NCBI GenBank assembly: GCA_037441845.1
Contig: JBBIRK010000003.1
Span: 64,001 to 128,000 of the forward strand
Source: Candidatus Zixiibacteriota bacterium
Lineage (GTDB): Bacteria; Zixibacteria; MSB-5A5; UBA10806; 4484-95
Reading direction: 5' to 3'
Length of the DNA stretch: 64,000 nucleotides
The notes under the pieces: generated by a model
Database searches by the model: none
Seen by the model: only the letters and a program-made list of their open reading frames with translations
Told to the model about the DNA's origin: nothing
Made by a program: the position numbers and the translations under genes
Shown here: positions 41,103-51,943 of the stretch, in pieces
Position numbering within the stretch: position 1 is the first letter of the stretch
Layout: each line of letters begins with the position of its first letter

Positions 41103-43730
41103 ATGAGTGCATTCAGAATCGGAATGGGAATGATTTTGGCGATCGGCCTTTTGGTCGGTCAGGTCGTTTCCGCCTCGGCAAAGGAAAAACCCAAAAGCGA
41201 AGAGCCCCCCAAAACGGAGGGGAAACCTTTCGAAACGGTTATCAAAGATTTCTCAAAAATCGAGGGCATTTTCACTTTTTATATCAAAAAAGATGAGGGC
41301 AAAGTGCTGATGGAAATCAAGCCGGCGCAATTCGATTCCCTCTACCTTTGCTGCATGACACGATCCACCGGAGACGGAACCTATTACGACAACGGCGCGG
41401 ACTTGGGTGATTTCCCATTCAAATTCAAACGAGTAGGCCAGAACGTGCAGATGCTTTCGGTCAATACCAGATTCCGGGCTGACAGCGCGGCGGCTTTATC
41501 CAAAGCCATCGAACGCGGTGTCAGTCATTCAATCTTCGGCGTAGGCAAAATCGAAAGCCAGCCTCGCAAAGAGGACGGCGCCGTTCTGGTGAACCCCGCC
41601 GGTTTTTTTATCCAGGATCTCACCAATCTGGGCTATTTCCTCGGCAAGCAGCGCCAGCTCGAATATAGTTTCGACAAGGATAATTCCTATTTCGGAACCA
41701 TTAAATCGTTTCCGTTAAACAGCGAAATCGATGTCGTCTGCCATTTCAAGACGAACAAACCCAACGATGCGCAGAGTTTTCCCAGCCCATACAGCATGAT
41801 GCATACTTATCATTTTTCGCTTTCCGGCTTGCCGGTCACCGATTATGTTCCCCGCCTGGCAGACGAGCGCGTCGGCTATTTCCAGACGGTTTATCAAGAC
41901 TATTCCGATCTCAGCCGGGAAACTCCTTACGTGAGGTATATTAATCGCTGGAATCTGAAAAAGGCGTTTCCCGATTCCGCGATTTCTCCTCCCGTCGAGC
42001 CGATAGTGTTTTGGTTGGAGAACACGATACCGATCGAGTATCGCCCGTATGTCGAGGAAGGCGTCTTGTTATGGAATAAGGCGTTCGAAAAAATCGGTTT
42101 CCGTGACGCTATCGTCGTTAAGCAGATGCCGGACACGGCAAGTTGGGATCCGGCTGATATCCGGTATAACACAATCCGTTGGGTGATTTATCCGGGACAG
42201 GCCTATGCGGTCGGACCGTCGCGGGCCAACCCGTTCACCGGGCAGATTTACGACGCCGACATTAGGGTCTGCGCCGATTTCATCCGCTTTATGTATAGTT
42301 TCTCCGAATATGTCGTGGAGCCGTTGAAAGGAAAGACCGGAAACGAATTCGAGGATCAACTCACCCCGTTCGCCGATCGCCGCTGCGATTACTCGAGAGA
42401 ATCGGCCCAGAACGCGGCGGTTGCCTATACTCTTTTGTTGACCAGGGACGATTTCGCCCAAAAGCCGGAATTGACCAAGAGATTCGTGCGTGAATATATC
42501 ACCGACCTGGTGATGCACGAGGTAGGACACACGCTCGGCCTGAGGCATAATTTCAAAGCTTCCAGCATTCGAAGCAATGCCGATAGACTCGATACGATCC
42601 TGGTCAATTCCCAAGGGATTACCGGCTCGGTCATGGATTATAATCCGGTCAATCTTGCTCCACTGGGCAAGCCGCAATCGGCGTTTTACCATCTCGGCCC
42701 GGGCACCTACGATTACTGGGCGATCGAATACGGCTATCGGCAATTCGGGGCAGATTCGCCGGAATCCGAAAAAGACTCGCTCGATAAAATTGCCTCGCGC
42801 AGCGGTGATCCGCTTTTGGCCTATGGCACCGATGAGGATAATTTCGGCAACTCCATGAGGGCTATCGACCCGCTTTGCACCCAGTTCGACTTGACCTCCG
42901 ATCCGATCGCCTATTTTACCGATCAGATCGCCCTGAGCAAAGAGCTGTGGAAAAACATAGAAACCAAATTCGAATCGCCCGGCGCCCGTTATCAGAAACT
43001 GCTGGCCGCATTTCAGCGCGGTTTCCGGTATTATTTCCAAGCCGCCGAGATGATGCCGCGCTACGTTGGCGGAATTTATCGTCATAATAATCATGTCGGT
43101 GATGAAGGAAGCGCCCCGCCGTTCCGTCCGGTGGACGGCGCCACCCAAAAAAGGGCGATGGCGTTTTTACGCGATCATATTTTCGCCCCCGATGCTTTTG
43201 TATTCCCTCCTTCGCTATTGAACAAACTTCAACCGGAAAGACTCGAGGATTTCGGCTGGTCCGCCGGTAGGGCTAATAGAATAGATTATCCGGTGCATGA
43301 TATGGTGTTCTCCATTCAAAAAGAGCCGATAGATCGCCTGCTCAATCCAATTGCGCTGGCGCGGATGCAGGACGGAGAGCTGCGTCGAGCCGCCGGAGAG
43401 CCCGGTTATTCGATGGCTGACATGTTCGGCGATTTGCGGCGGATGCTATGGACCGAGTTGTCTTCGGCCTCGAATGTCAACAGCTATCGCCGGGCCATTC
43501 AGCGTTATCACGTGGATAAGCTGATAGGAATGATTCTGGAAAAGCAACCGGGGTTGCCGGAGGACGCCAGAGCGCTGGCAAGGCGCGATCTGGCCTGGGT
43601 TCAACGCGGCATAACCACCGCTCTTGCCGCTGCTACCTTGAATACTTTCACGCGGAGCCATTACGAGGAATCCAAAGCCAGAATTGAGGCGGCCTTGAAA
43701 GCGGGATTGGAACGCAATCCTAAATTATGA
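41103..43730 (+). CDS. secreted zinc-dependent metalloprotease (DUF5117/DUF4953-type)
   Basis: signal peptide; PR.AD.RVGYF; HEVGHTLGLRHNF; SVMDY; YD.WAIEYGY. Confidence 0.9.
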   Translation: MSAFRIGMGMILAIGLLVGQVVSASAKEKPKSEEPPKTEGKPFETVIKDFSKIEGIFTFYIKKDEGKVLMEIKPAQFDSLYLCCMTRSTGDGTYYDNGADLGDFPFKFKRVGQNVQMLSVNTRFRADSAAALSKAIERGVSHSIFGVGKIESQPRKEDGAVLVNPAGFFIQDLTNLGYFLGKQRQLEYSFDKDNSYFGTIKSFPLNSEIDVVCHFKTNKPNDAQSFPSPYSMMHTYHFSLSGLPVTDYVPRLADERVGYFQTVYQDYSDLSRETPYVRYINRWNLKKAFPDSAISPPVEPIVFWLENTIPIEYRPYVEEGVLLWNKAFEKIGFRDAIVVKQMPDTASWDPADIRYNTIRWVIYPGQAYAVGPSRANPFTGQIYDADIRVCADFIRFMYSFSEYVVEPLKGKTGNEFEDQLTPFADRRCDYSRESAQNAAVAYTLLLTRDDFAQKPELTKRFVREYITDLVMHEVGHTLGLRHNFKASSIRSNADRLDTILVNSQGITGSVMDYNPVNLAPLGKPQSAFYHLGPGTYDYWAIEYGYRQFGADSPESEKDSLDKIASRSGDPLLAYGTDEDNFGNSMRAIDPLCTQFDLTSDPIAYFTDQIALSKELWKNIETKFESPGARYQKLLAAFQRGFRYYFQAAEMMPRYVGGIYRHNNHVGDEGSAPPFRPVDGATQKRAMAFLRDHIFAPDAFVFPPSLLNKLQPERLEDFGWSAGRANRIDYPVHDMVFSIQKEPIDRLLNPIALARMQDGELRRAAGEPGYSMADMFGDLRRMLWTELSSASNVNSYRRAIQRYHVDKLIGMILEKQPGLPEDARALARRDLAWVQRGITTALAAATLNTFTRSHYEESKARIEAALKAGLERNPKL

Positions 43731-43901
43731 GACCGCCGAAACGACGAACGAGAAGATGGGGAATGATTTGCGCGTTAGACGGGCGGCGGCCGTCGTCGGT
43801 TAAGGCGAACTTTATGATTGAAGGATGCAGGCTGCTGTCTTATAATCCCGCAAGGGTACGCATTGGCGCCGTTCCGCCGAAATTCAATAGGGGATACTCA
43901 G

Positions 43902-44354
43902 ATGAATTCAAATAGCAGAAAATTCGGGCTTATGGCGGTTGCGGTGATCGCGACCATAATCATCTTTTTTCTTATTTTACTTTTCGCCGGCCGTAAGAAA
44001 CAAGGCGATGTTTCTTCGGAATCAGGGCCGATGATGGATCGTTCGAGCGGCGGCTTGGCCATGATTCAGCAATCGGATATTGAGAACGGCAAAAAAATCT
44101 ACATGCAGCAATGTGCCTCTTGCCACGGAGACAACGGCAAAGGCGACGGTCCATTGGCCGTTCGTTGTGTTCCTGCGCCGGCGAATTTCGCCTCAGGCGT
44201 GTTGAAACACGGTTCGTCTCCTGATGCAATATTCAAAAGTATCAGCAATGGGATAAAGGGCACCATGATGGCGTCGTACGGATTTATAGATGAAAAAGAC
44301 CGCTGGGCAGTCACCCATTATGTTTTGACTTTGATGCCGGAAAATAAACCTTGA
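43902..44354 (+). CDS. membrane-anchored monoheme cytochrome c
   Basis: N-terminal TM; CASCHG..GKGDGP; distal Met in GTMM. Confidence 0.9.
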   Translation: MNSNSRKFGLMAVAVIATIIIFFLILLFAGRKKQGDVSSESGPMMDRSSGGLAMIQQSDIENGKKIYMQQCASCHGDNGKGDGPLAVRCVPAPANFASGVLKHGSSPDAIFKSISNGIKGTMMASYGFIDEKDRWAVTHYVLTLMPENKP

Positions 44355-44475
44355 TCGATACACTATCGACGCGGATTTGGCTATCACCGTGAGCTATTTC
44401 AAGACCGGAAAGCGAAAATCGCCTGTCAACATTATTGCGGCAACTATCAGCCGAACATAACAAGCCGAGGGGATT

Positions 44476-45534
44476 ATGACCGATTTTAATGAACCGTATT
44501 TATCAAAAGCCATGAGTCTGTGGCTTAAAATTCTGTTGGTTCTGCTTTTCATTTTAATAGTATGGGGCGCGCTGGTAAGACTCACGGGCTCCGGTCTTTC
44601 GATACCGGAATGGCCGATCGTCAACGGCACCATTCTACCGCCTTTGAGCGATGACGACTGGCAGGCCGTTTATAGAACCTATTACCTCGAAGTACATAAT
44701 ATCAGCGATCCTTACGGCCCCGAAGTCATTCAGCTCGAGAAATTCAAGACGATGTTCGCGATCGAATATTTACATAGAATGTTGGCGGCGATCGCGGGGA
44801 TTATCTTTATCGTGCTTTTCGTGCATTTCATGCGCGATTCGGCCAAACGCAAGCGGGTCGGCTACCTTATGACGCTGGCCGGAGCGCTGCTTCTGCTTCA
44901 GGTGGTGCTCGGCGCGGTCGTAGTCAAGGAGGAGCTGAAAGCCGAATTAGTGGCCGGCCATCTGGCGGTCGCTTATCTTTTCTATTCCGTTCTGCTTTGG
45001 GTGCTTCTGCGTCTGGGCCGAAGGACCGATTCCAATCATGCAAAATCGGCGTCGATAAGCGGTCTTAACAAACCTGTATGGTTGATGGTAGCAGTTCTTT
45101 TTTGTCAAATAATCTCGGGCGGGTTGATGGCGGGGTCGGGCGCCGGACATATCCTGAATACTTTCCCAAAAATGGGCGGGCACTGGATCCCTCCGTTGTC
45201 CCAGCTCTATTCGTCATTGCAAGGCGGCTTGTGGAACAATCTGGTGGAGAATCGCGTGCTTATCCAGTTCATTCATCGATGGTGGATTCTGGCGCTTATC
45301 GCCGCGGTCATTTGGGCTCGCGTGGGAGTTGGGAAATACTCCCTCTCTCGTCGCGGCAAAATTTATTTCAGAATGGTCGATGTCCTGCTCGTATTGCAGA
45401 TTGTTTGGGGTATCGGCAACCTGGTCATGAAAGTGCCGGTTTATATGAGTGCAGGACATTCGGGGATAGCGTTGTTGTTGTTCACTTTTTCGTTGATGGC
45501 TGCCCACGAGGCTGGATTTGCGGCTAAAAAGTAA
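44476..45534 (+). CDS. ctaA: heme A synthase (Cox15/CtaA)
   Basis: RLT.SGLSI.EW, EY.HR, QFIHR, conserved His residues. Confidence 0.92.
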   Translation: MTDFNEPYLSKAMSLWLKILLVLLFILIVWGALVRLTGSGLSIPEWPIVNGTILPPLSDDDWQAVYRTYYLEVHNISDPYGPEVIQLEKFKTMFAIEYLHRMLAAIAGIIFIVLFVHFMRDSAKRKRVGYLMTLAGALLLLQVVLGAVVVKEELKAELVAGHLAVAYLFYSVLLWVLLRLGRRTDSNHAKSASISGLNKPVWLMVAVLFCQIISGGLMAGSGAGHILNTFPKMGGHWIPPLSQLYSSLQGGLWNNLVENRVLIQFIHRWWILALIAAVIWARVGVGKYSLSRRGKIYFRMVDVLLVLQIVWGIGNLVMKVPVYMSAGHSGIALLLFTFSLMAAHEAGFAAKK

Positions 45535-46402
45535 AATTCTCGCCCTTTTTCGATTGACCAAACCCGAGATCATGCTGTTGGTTTTGATCACCGGCGCCGC
45601 ATCTCTGGTTATCGAAAAAAGTTTGCTTGGCAGCCCGGTTCGTTTTGCATTGGTCCTGCTCGGATTGGCCCTGATCGGCGGTTCCGCCAATGCGTTCAAC
45701 ATGTATTTCGAAAGAGATATCGACGCCAGAATGTATCGCACCAGAAGGCGCCGGCCGCTGCCCATGAAAATAATCGAGCCGACTACCGCGGCTGTGTTCG
45801 CCGCCTTTATCGGATCGGCGGGCGCGGCGATTTTCTTTTTCGCTTTCAATCTGCTCAGCTGTCTTTTGGCTGTCGCCACGATCGTCTATTACGCTTTTTT
45901 CTATACTCTTGTTCTGAAACCGAATACGCATCATAACATAGTTATAGGTGGCGCGGCCGGGGCTATGGCACCGATAATCGGTTGGGCCGCGGCCGCCGAT
46001 TCGCTTGCTTTGCCGCCGATACTGTTGTTTCTGGTGATATTTCTATGGTCGCCGCCGCATTTCTGGTCGCTGGCCGTCCTGATGAGGAAAGATTACGAGT
46101 CAGTGGGCTTGCCTATGTTGCCGATAGTGCGCGGTGACGAGGAAACATTCCGGCAGATACTGATTTATAGCATTCTGCTGACTGTCTCCTCATCTTTTTT
46201 GATTTTTATCGGTGCCGGGCCATTCTATTTGGTATCGGCACTCGGACTCGGCGCCATGCTGATTCATAAGGCAAGAAATCTGCGATTGCGATTCACCAGC
46301 GACAGGGCACGGGATTATTTCGGTTTTTCTATCGCCTACCTATTCATGCTTTTCGGCGCGATAATGATGGATTCGTTCTTGAATTCTTTGTTTCAGAATT
46401 GA
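45518..46402 (+). CDS. ctaB: protoheme IX farnesyltransferase (heme O synthase)
   Basis: LTKP, N...ERDID..M.RT..RPLP, W.PPHFWSLA, DY....LPMLP. Confidence 0.95.
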   Translation: MRLKSKILALFRLTKPEIMLLVLITGAASLVIEKSLLGSPVRFALVLLGLALIGGSANAFNMYFERDIDARMYRTRRRRPLPMKIIEPTTAAVFAAFIGSAGAAIFFFAFNLLSCLLAVATIVYYAFFYTLVLKPNTHHNIVIGGAAGAMAPIIGWAAAADSLALPPILLFLVIFLWSPPHFWSLAVLMRKDYESVGLPMLPIVRGDEETFRQILIYSILLTVSSSFLIFIGAGPFYLVSALGLGAMLIHKARNLRLRFTSDRARDYFGFSIAYLFMLFGAIMMDSFLNSLFQN

Positions 46403-46565
46403 CATACGGTCCTGATCCATATTCCCTTGCAACGGACGCCCCCGGCGTAGTTGATAAATTGATTTTTATTGATTTGATAGTCAGAATTGCGTAAATACCT
46501 TGGTTTGAGAAGAGGAATTCGTAATGAGATCATCGCCGGAGTCGCTTTCCGGTTAGCGGTAGAAA

Positions 46566-47660
46566 ATGGAATTCGAATATCCCGATACGACGATAGCGCG
46601 GCGCAAGAGCGAACATCTGCGGCTTGTCGCCGAAAAGGACGTAGTGCATTCGCAGGGCACGGCTCTGGGTGATGTGGTGTTGTTCCCCGAGGCACTTCCG
46701 GAACTCGATTTCGCCGATATTCGAACGGACATTTCATTTTTCGGCAAGACCTTGGCGGCTCCATTGATGATAACCAGTATGACCGGCGGTGCCGATTACG
46801 CCGGCAAACTTAATCGCGCTCTGGCCTCGGCCGCCTGGCGCCACAACATCGCTTTTGCGGTCGGCAGCCAAAGGGTGATGATCAGGCATCCCGAGGTCAC
46901 TCAGGATTTTGCGGTAAGACGATTCATCCCCGATGGGGTTCTGCTCGGCAATATCGGGGCAGTGCAATTGGCGGAATATCCTCCGAAAGTAATCCGAAAA
47001 TTGATCGACGATATCGATGCCGACGGAGTCTGCGTTCATCTCAATGTTGCCCAGGAATTACTGCAAAAGGAAGGTCACAGACGATTCAAGGGGATCGCCG
47101 ACCAAATAGGCAGGCTGGTCGATCAACTCGAAGGACGCGTAGTCGTCAAAGAGACGGGCGCGGGCTTGTCGCCACAATGTTTGCGGAAATTATGTTCGCT
47201 CGGCGTAAAATACATAGATGTTTCCGGGGCGGGTGGGACTTCCTGGACCAAAGTGGAAATGCACCGCGCGGAGGATGAATTGTTGAAAAGATCAGGTCAG
47301 ACTTTCGCCGACTGGGGCTTGCCTACCGCATTCTGCGTGGTTGCAGCTCGAAAAATATGCGGCAGCCAAATTACCGTAATCGGCTCGGGGGGAATTAAAA
47401 ACGGTCTCGATGTCGCTCGGGCAATCGCATTGGGTGCGGATATGGTGGGATTTGCGCGACCGGCGTTGTTGGCGTTTTTAAATGGGGGAGAGGATGGGGT
47501 CGGACGATTGATTGATATTATTAAAAATGAATTGCGTATGGCCATGCTGCTTACCGGCGCCGGTGATCTGAAGCAGTTGCGCAAGATCCCCCGATTATAC
47601 ACGGGTCGGCTTCGGGAGCTGCTTGACGCCGGTGGATTGATAAACAAGGCGAAAAAATGA
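46566..47660 (+). CDS. fni: type 2 isopentenyl-diphosphate isomerase
   Basis: RK.EH, MTGG, GSQR, HLN..QE..Q.EG, VKETG.G, G.GGTSW. Confidence 0.95.
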   Translation: MEFEYPDTTIARRKSEHLRLVAEKDVVHSQGTALGDVVLFPEALPELDFADIRTDISFFGKTLAAPLMITSMTGGADYAGKLNRALASAAWRHNIAFAVGSQRVMIRHPEVTQDFAVRRFIPDGVLLGNIGAVQLAEYPPKVIRKLIDDIDADGVCVHLNVAQELLQKEGHRRFKGIADQIGRLVDQLEGRVVVKETGAGLSPQCLRKLCSLGVKYIDVSGAGGTSWTKVEMHRAEDELLKRSGQTFADWGLPTAFCVVAARKICGSQITVIGSGGIKNGLDVARAIALGADMVGFARPALLAFLNGGEDGVGRLIDIIKNELRMAMLLTGAGDLKQLRKIPRLYTGRLRELLDAGGLINKAKK

Positions 47661-49963
47661 ATACAAGACAAGGTCAGGAAAACAAACAAAAACAGGTCGA
47701 TCTCGAACGACCGAAATCGTCGAGAATACCCGGATTTTACCGTTTGCCCGTGGAGCAGCGGCTGGCCTATCTGGCCAGAAGTTTCGAATTGTCCGACGAG
47801 CAGCTGAATGAACTTCGCAACGGCAACGCTTTGCGGATCGAACACGCTGTAAATCTTGTGGAAAACGCCATAGGCGTGTTCAGCCTTCCTCTTGGGCTCG
47901 GGCTCAATTTCCTCATAGATGGCAAAAATTACATAATCCCGATGGCTATCGAGGAAGCCTCCATTATCGCGGCCGCGTCCAAAGCCGCTTTGATTATCAG
48001 AGCCGGCGGCGGATTTCAGACTGATATCGACAAGGCGGTAATGATCGGCCAGGTTCAGGTACTTGATCTACCCGATCCTGAAAAGGCTGCGGCCGTCCTA
48101 CACGACAAAAAGAAGGAAATTATCGAGCAGGCCAATCTGGCTGGCCCGCGCATGGTTCTCCGTGGCGGCGGCGTATTCGATATCGAAACCCGCATAATCG
48201 ATGGCGGCCCGAGTGTCGGGAAGATGCTGATCTTGCATTTGCTCTATGACGTTTGTGAGGCTATGGGCGCAAACGCCATCAACTCGGCCTGTGAGGCGGT
48301 CGGCCCCTTGGTGGAAAAATTGACGGGCGGCCGTGTCAATCTGCGTATCCTTTCCAATTTGGCCGACCGAAGATTGGCTCGGGCGTCGTTCAAACTGCCG
48401 TTTGAATATCTGGCCACCAAGGAATTTACCGGAGAACAGGTGGCCGTAAGGATGATAGAGGCCGGTAGATTCGCCTTCGCCGATCCGTATCGCGCCGCCA
48501 CTCACAACAAAGGGATTTTCAACGGTATATGCGCCGCCGCCCTCGCGCTGGGGCAGGATTGGCGGGCCATCGAAGCCGGCGGGCATGCGTATGCGGCGCG
48601 GACGGGCCAATATCGCAGCCTGACCGAATACAAAATAGAAAATGGTTGCTTGGTGGGCCGAATCGAACTGCCGTTGCAGGTCGGCTGGGTGGGCGGCATA
48701 ATCAATTCCCATCCCGGAGTAAAAACCTTGCGCAAGATCAGCGGCGTGAAGACCGCCAGGGAACTTGCCGGAGTTTTGGCATCGCTGGGCCTGGCTCAAA
48801 ATTTCGCGGCTTGCCATGCGCTTAGCACAGTGGGTATCCAAAAGGGGCATATGGCGCTGCATGCCCGCAGCGTGGCGTTGAGTGTGGGTGTGCCGGCCGA
48901 GGAAGTCGATGCCGTCGCGCAGGAGATGATCAAACGCGGCGAAGTGAAAGTGGCGGCCGCCGAGGAAATCTATCGGCGGATGCTGAAGCTTCCGAAGAAG
49001 AGAGAGAAGACCAACGAATTGCCGGTAAGATCATTTGCACCGGGCAAGGTTGTGCTGTTTGGTGAGCACGCCACCGTATATAATTATCCGGGGATTACCA
49101 CTACGATAGGGATAGGATTGACCATAAGTCTAAGCCGTGACCCGGACGGCCCGCGTTTCATTACGCCGAAATATAAGCAAGTATTCCCCATGCGCAGTTC
49201 CGAGGTCGATGTCCGGGTCTTCTCGCGGGCTGTCGAGCAGGCTTTGTCGATGTATGGCATTCAGAAAGAGCCCATAGCGATAGAAGTCGAATCGGACCTC
49301 GTGCCCGGAATGGGGCTTGGTTCGTCGGCGGCCTTTTCGGTTGCGCTATGTTCGGCTATTCGGCAATATAAGAACATCTCGACGCAGAACCGGGTGGACA
49401 GCGGTCTATTCGATGAAGTGCAGAAGCTCGAATCGATTTTTCACGGCACGCCGAGCGGTATCGATGCCGCCACGGTGCTCTCCAACGGCGTTCTCTGGTT
49501 TCGCAAAGGACCGCCGCGCGAATTGTTACAGCTTCGCACACCCATAAATTATTCGGGTATCGTCTGTCTGGTCGAACCCGGAGCTCCAACGATCGAACTT
49601 GTTCGCAAAGTCAGGCAAGAACGCTTGCGCGACCGCCAGAGAGTCGATTCGATCTTGGAAGAAATCGGCGCGATCACGGTCGATGCAGGCATCGCTCTCG
49701 GTATCGGAGACAACCAGGAACTCGGCCGGTTGATGTTCAGAAACCACGAACTTTTGGCGAAGCTCGGCGTCTCGACACCCGGACTCGATAAGGCGGTATC
49801 GCTGCTTCTGGATAGAGGCGTGCTGGGCGCCAAGCTGACCGGATCGGGAGGCGGGGGCGCCGTCATCGCTCTGGTCAAACCAGATACTCAATATGAGCTG
49901 ATCAATCAATTGTCCGAGGAATTCGCCCTAGTTTTCGGGTTCACTATCGGAGCGTCGTCCTGA
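47657..49963 (+). CDS. mvaA: class II HMG-CoA reductase fused to mevalonate kinase
   Basis: N-terminal ENAIG, EE.S, AMGAN, THNKG, GHM.LH; C-terminal PGKV.LFGEHA.VY, PG.GLGSSAA, KLTGSGGGG. Confidence 0.93.
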   Translation: MNTRQGQENKQKQVDLERPKSSRIPGFYRLPVEQRLAYLARSFELSDEQLNELRNGNALRIEHAVNLVENAIGVFSLPLGLGLNFLIDGKNYIIPMAIEEASIIAAASKAALIIRAGGGFQTDIDKAVMIGQVQVLDLPDPEKAAAVLHDKKKEIIEQANLAGPRMVLRGGGVFDIETRIIDGGPSVGKMLILHLLYDVCEAMGANAINSACEAVGPLVEKLTGGRVNLRILSNLADRRLARASFKLPFEYLATKEFTGEQVAVRMIEAGRFAFADPYRAATHNKGIFNGICAAALALGQDWRAIEAGGHAYAARTGQYRSLTEYKIENGCLVGRIELPLQVGWVGGIINSHPGVKTLRKISGVKTARELAGVLASLGLAQNFAACHALSTVGIQKGHMALHARSVALSVGVPAEEVDAVAQEMIKRGEVKVAAAEEIYRRMLKLPKKREKTNELPVRSFAPGKVVLFGEHATVYNYPGITTTIGIGLTISLSRDPDGPRFITPKYKQVFPMRSSEVDVRVFSRAVEQALSMYGIQKEPIAIEVESDLVPGMGLGSSAAFSVALCSAIRQYKNISTQNRVDSGLFDEVQKLESIFHGTPSGIDAATVLSNGVLWFRKGPPRELLQLRTPINYSGIVCLVEPGAPTIELVRKVRQERLRDRQRVDSILEEIGAITVDAGIALGIGDNQELGRLMFRNHELLAKLGVSTPGLDKAVSLLLDRGVLGAKLTGSGGGGAVIALVKPDTQYELINQLSEEFALVFGFTIGASS

Positions 49964-50931
49964 TGACCCGGGTGATCGCCCGTGCCTGCGCCAACATAGC
50001 TTTACTCAAATATTGGGGCAAGTTCAGCCGGTCCGGCAATCTGCCGGCGACTCCGTCTATTTCGCTTTGCCTCGATAAATTGAGCACCACTACGACCGTT
50101 TCCTCAATTCCCGGGAACGAGGACCTTTTTCATATAAACGGAAAAAAAATATCCGGCGAGTCGCTCGATCGATTGCGCGATTTTCTAGATTTGTGGCGGC
50201 GGAAGCGGCTTGTTTCCGGTGCGTTCCGAGTGGATTCGGTAAATCGTTTTCCTACGGCATCGGGTCTGGCATCGAGCTCATCCGGGTATGCCGCCCTATG
50301 CCTTGCCTTGGCCGCTCATTCACGAAAGCGACTTAAGTTCAACGAGCTCGTCACTCTGGCAAGAATCGGCAGCGGTTCCGCGGCGCGCTCGATCGTCGGC
50401 GGTATGGCCGCCATGACCGCGGGAAAAGGTTCGCGCGTGCTCGGACTCGCCAGTGCGGCCGATATTCCTTGGGGGATGGTGATAGCTTTGGTAAATGCCC
50501 GACCGAAAACGATAAGTTCACGCGAGGGGATGAAATTAAGCGCGATTTCCAGCTCTTATTATAGAAATTGGCTGCTTTGCGGCCGCCGACAATTCAAAGA
50601 AATGCTCGCCGCGATAAGGATATTCGATCTGACTAAGACCGGCGAGATCATGGAGGGGAATACTCTGGCGATGCATGCGTGCATGTTGACGACCGCTCCG
50701 CCGCTTATCTATTGGGAACCGGCGACGATCAATCTTATCAAAGCCTGCCGGGAATGGCGGCGCGGCAATCTCGAGACCTATTTCACTATCGATGCCGGAC
50801 CGCATGTGGCGTTTCTGGCCAGACTGAGCGACCTCGAATCAGTGAAGGCGCGGGCGAAGAAAATAGAAGGAGTCACCGGAGTGATAAGTTGCAAGGCGGG
50901 GGGACCGGCGGAGGTGATTTCATGCAGTTGA
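49963..50931 (+). CDS. mvaD: diphosphomevalonate decarboxylase
   Basis: NIALLKYWGK, FPTASGLASSSSG, AR.GSGSA.RS, T.DAGP. Confidence 0.95.
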   Translation: MTRVIARACANIALLKYWGKFSRSGNLPATPSISLCLDKLSTTTTVSSIPGNEDLFHINGKKISGESLDRLRDFLDLWRRKRLVSGAFRVDSVNRFPTASGLASSSSGYAALCLALAAHSRKRLKFNELVTLARIGSGSAARSIVGGMAAMTAGKGSRVLGLASAADIPWGMVIALVNARPKTISSREGMKLSAISSSYYRNWLLCGRRQFKEMLAAIRIFDLTKTGEIMEGNTLAMHACMLTTAPPLIYWEPATINLIKACREWRRGNLETYFTIDAGPHVAFLARLSDLESVKARAKKIEGVTGVISCKAGGPAEVISCS

Positions 50932-51857
50932 CAGGAGTCAGGGTGCCGGGCAAGGTCATGCTATCGGGTGAATATGCGGTTCTGGTAGGTGGTATGGCGT
51001 TCATGATGCCGGTTCCGCGGCATATCGAGGTTGACGAAATCGACCTTGTGCCGGATAAGCCATATTCTCCGGTGGTGCAGATGGCCCTCAGGCATCCTAT
51101 TTCTGAGGTGGCGAAGTTCGAGCAGAAACACGGACGCTCGCATATCAAAATAAATCCCGCTGGATTTCTGACGACGACGATCGATGGCTATCCGGTTAAG
51201 CTCGGATTGGGGCTTTCGGCGGCCGAAGCCGTTGCCGTGGTGGCGCTTCGATTCGAGCGGGCGGGCAAACCTTGGCAACAACATCGAAAACAGATATTCA
51301 AATACGCTTTTGAGATACACAGAGAGATCCAAAAGGGGTTGGGAAGCGGTGCGGACGTAGCCGCATGCGCATTCGGTGCGCCGCTGATTTACTATCTTAA
51401 ACGCGATCGCCCCCATTACGATCTGGTCAAGTCGCCCAAACACGATAATTGCCCGCCCATGGCCCTTGTCTGGACCGGCAAACCGGCCAATACTCGGGAG
51501 ATGGTCGAAAAGTTCTTGACCTGGGCGAAAGAGGATGAAAAAGCGGCGAAAAGGTTGTTGCCGAATCTGGTGAAAGCAAGCGAAATGCTGGCCAAGTCAT
51601 GGTTGACCGCCTCTCCGGTGAACATTTATAACGCGATCGACGTATTCGGAATGGCGATGCAGGAGTGCGCCGATGCGGCGGGGATCAAATACCGACTGGA
51701 AATTCATCACGAGCTCGAATCATGGGCCAGAAAAAAAGGCGGCCGCGCCAAACCGACCGGCGCCGGCGGAGGCGACATGATTTTGCTCGTGGGCGATCTT
51801 CCGCTCGGGGAACTCGAGTACACTAAAGTGCCGCTGGCGATCCCTACAAGAAGCTGA
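50922..51857 (+). CDS. GHMP kinase, probable phosphomevalonate kinase
   Basis: PGKVMLSGEYAVL, KLGLG.SAA, GSGADVAA, KPTGAGGGD; operon context. Confidence 0.82.
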   Translation: MQLTGVRVPGKVMLSGEYAVLVGGMAFMMPVPRHIEVDEIDLVPDKPYSPVVQMALRHPISEVAKFEQKHGRSHIKINPAGFLTTTIDGYPVKLGLGLSAAEAVAVVALRFERAGKPWQQHRKQIFKYAFEIHREIQKGLGSGADVAACAFGAPLIYYLKRDRPHYDLVKSPKHDNCPPMALVWTGKPANTREMVEKFLTWAKEDEKAAKRLLPNLVKASEMLAKSWLTASPVNIYNAIDVFGMAMQECADAAGIKYRLEIHHELESWARKKGGRAKPTGAGGGDMILLVGDLPLGELEYTKVPLAIPTRS

Positions 51858-51943
51858 TCGAACAAACCGAATCGTTCGTTGCTTGATGCTCCGCTTTCGT
51901 GAATCTGACGGTTCATGAACCGAAACAGTCGATCCGCCTTCTC

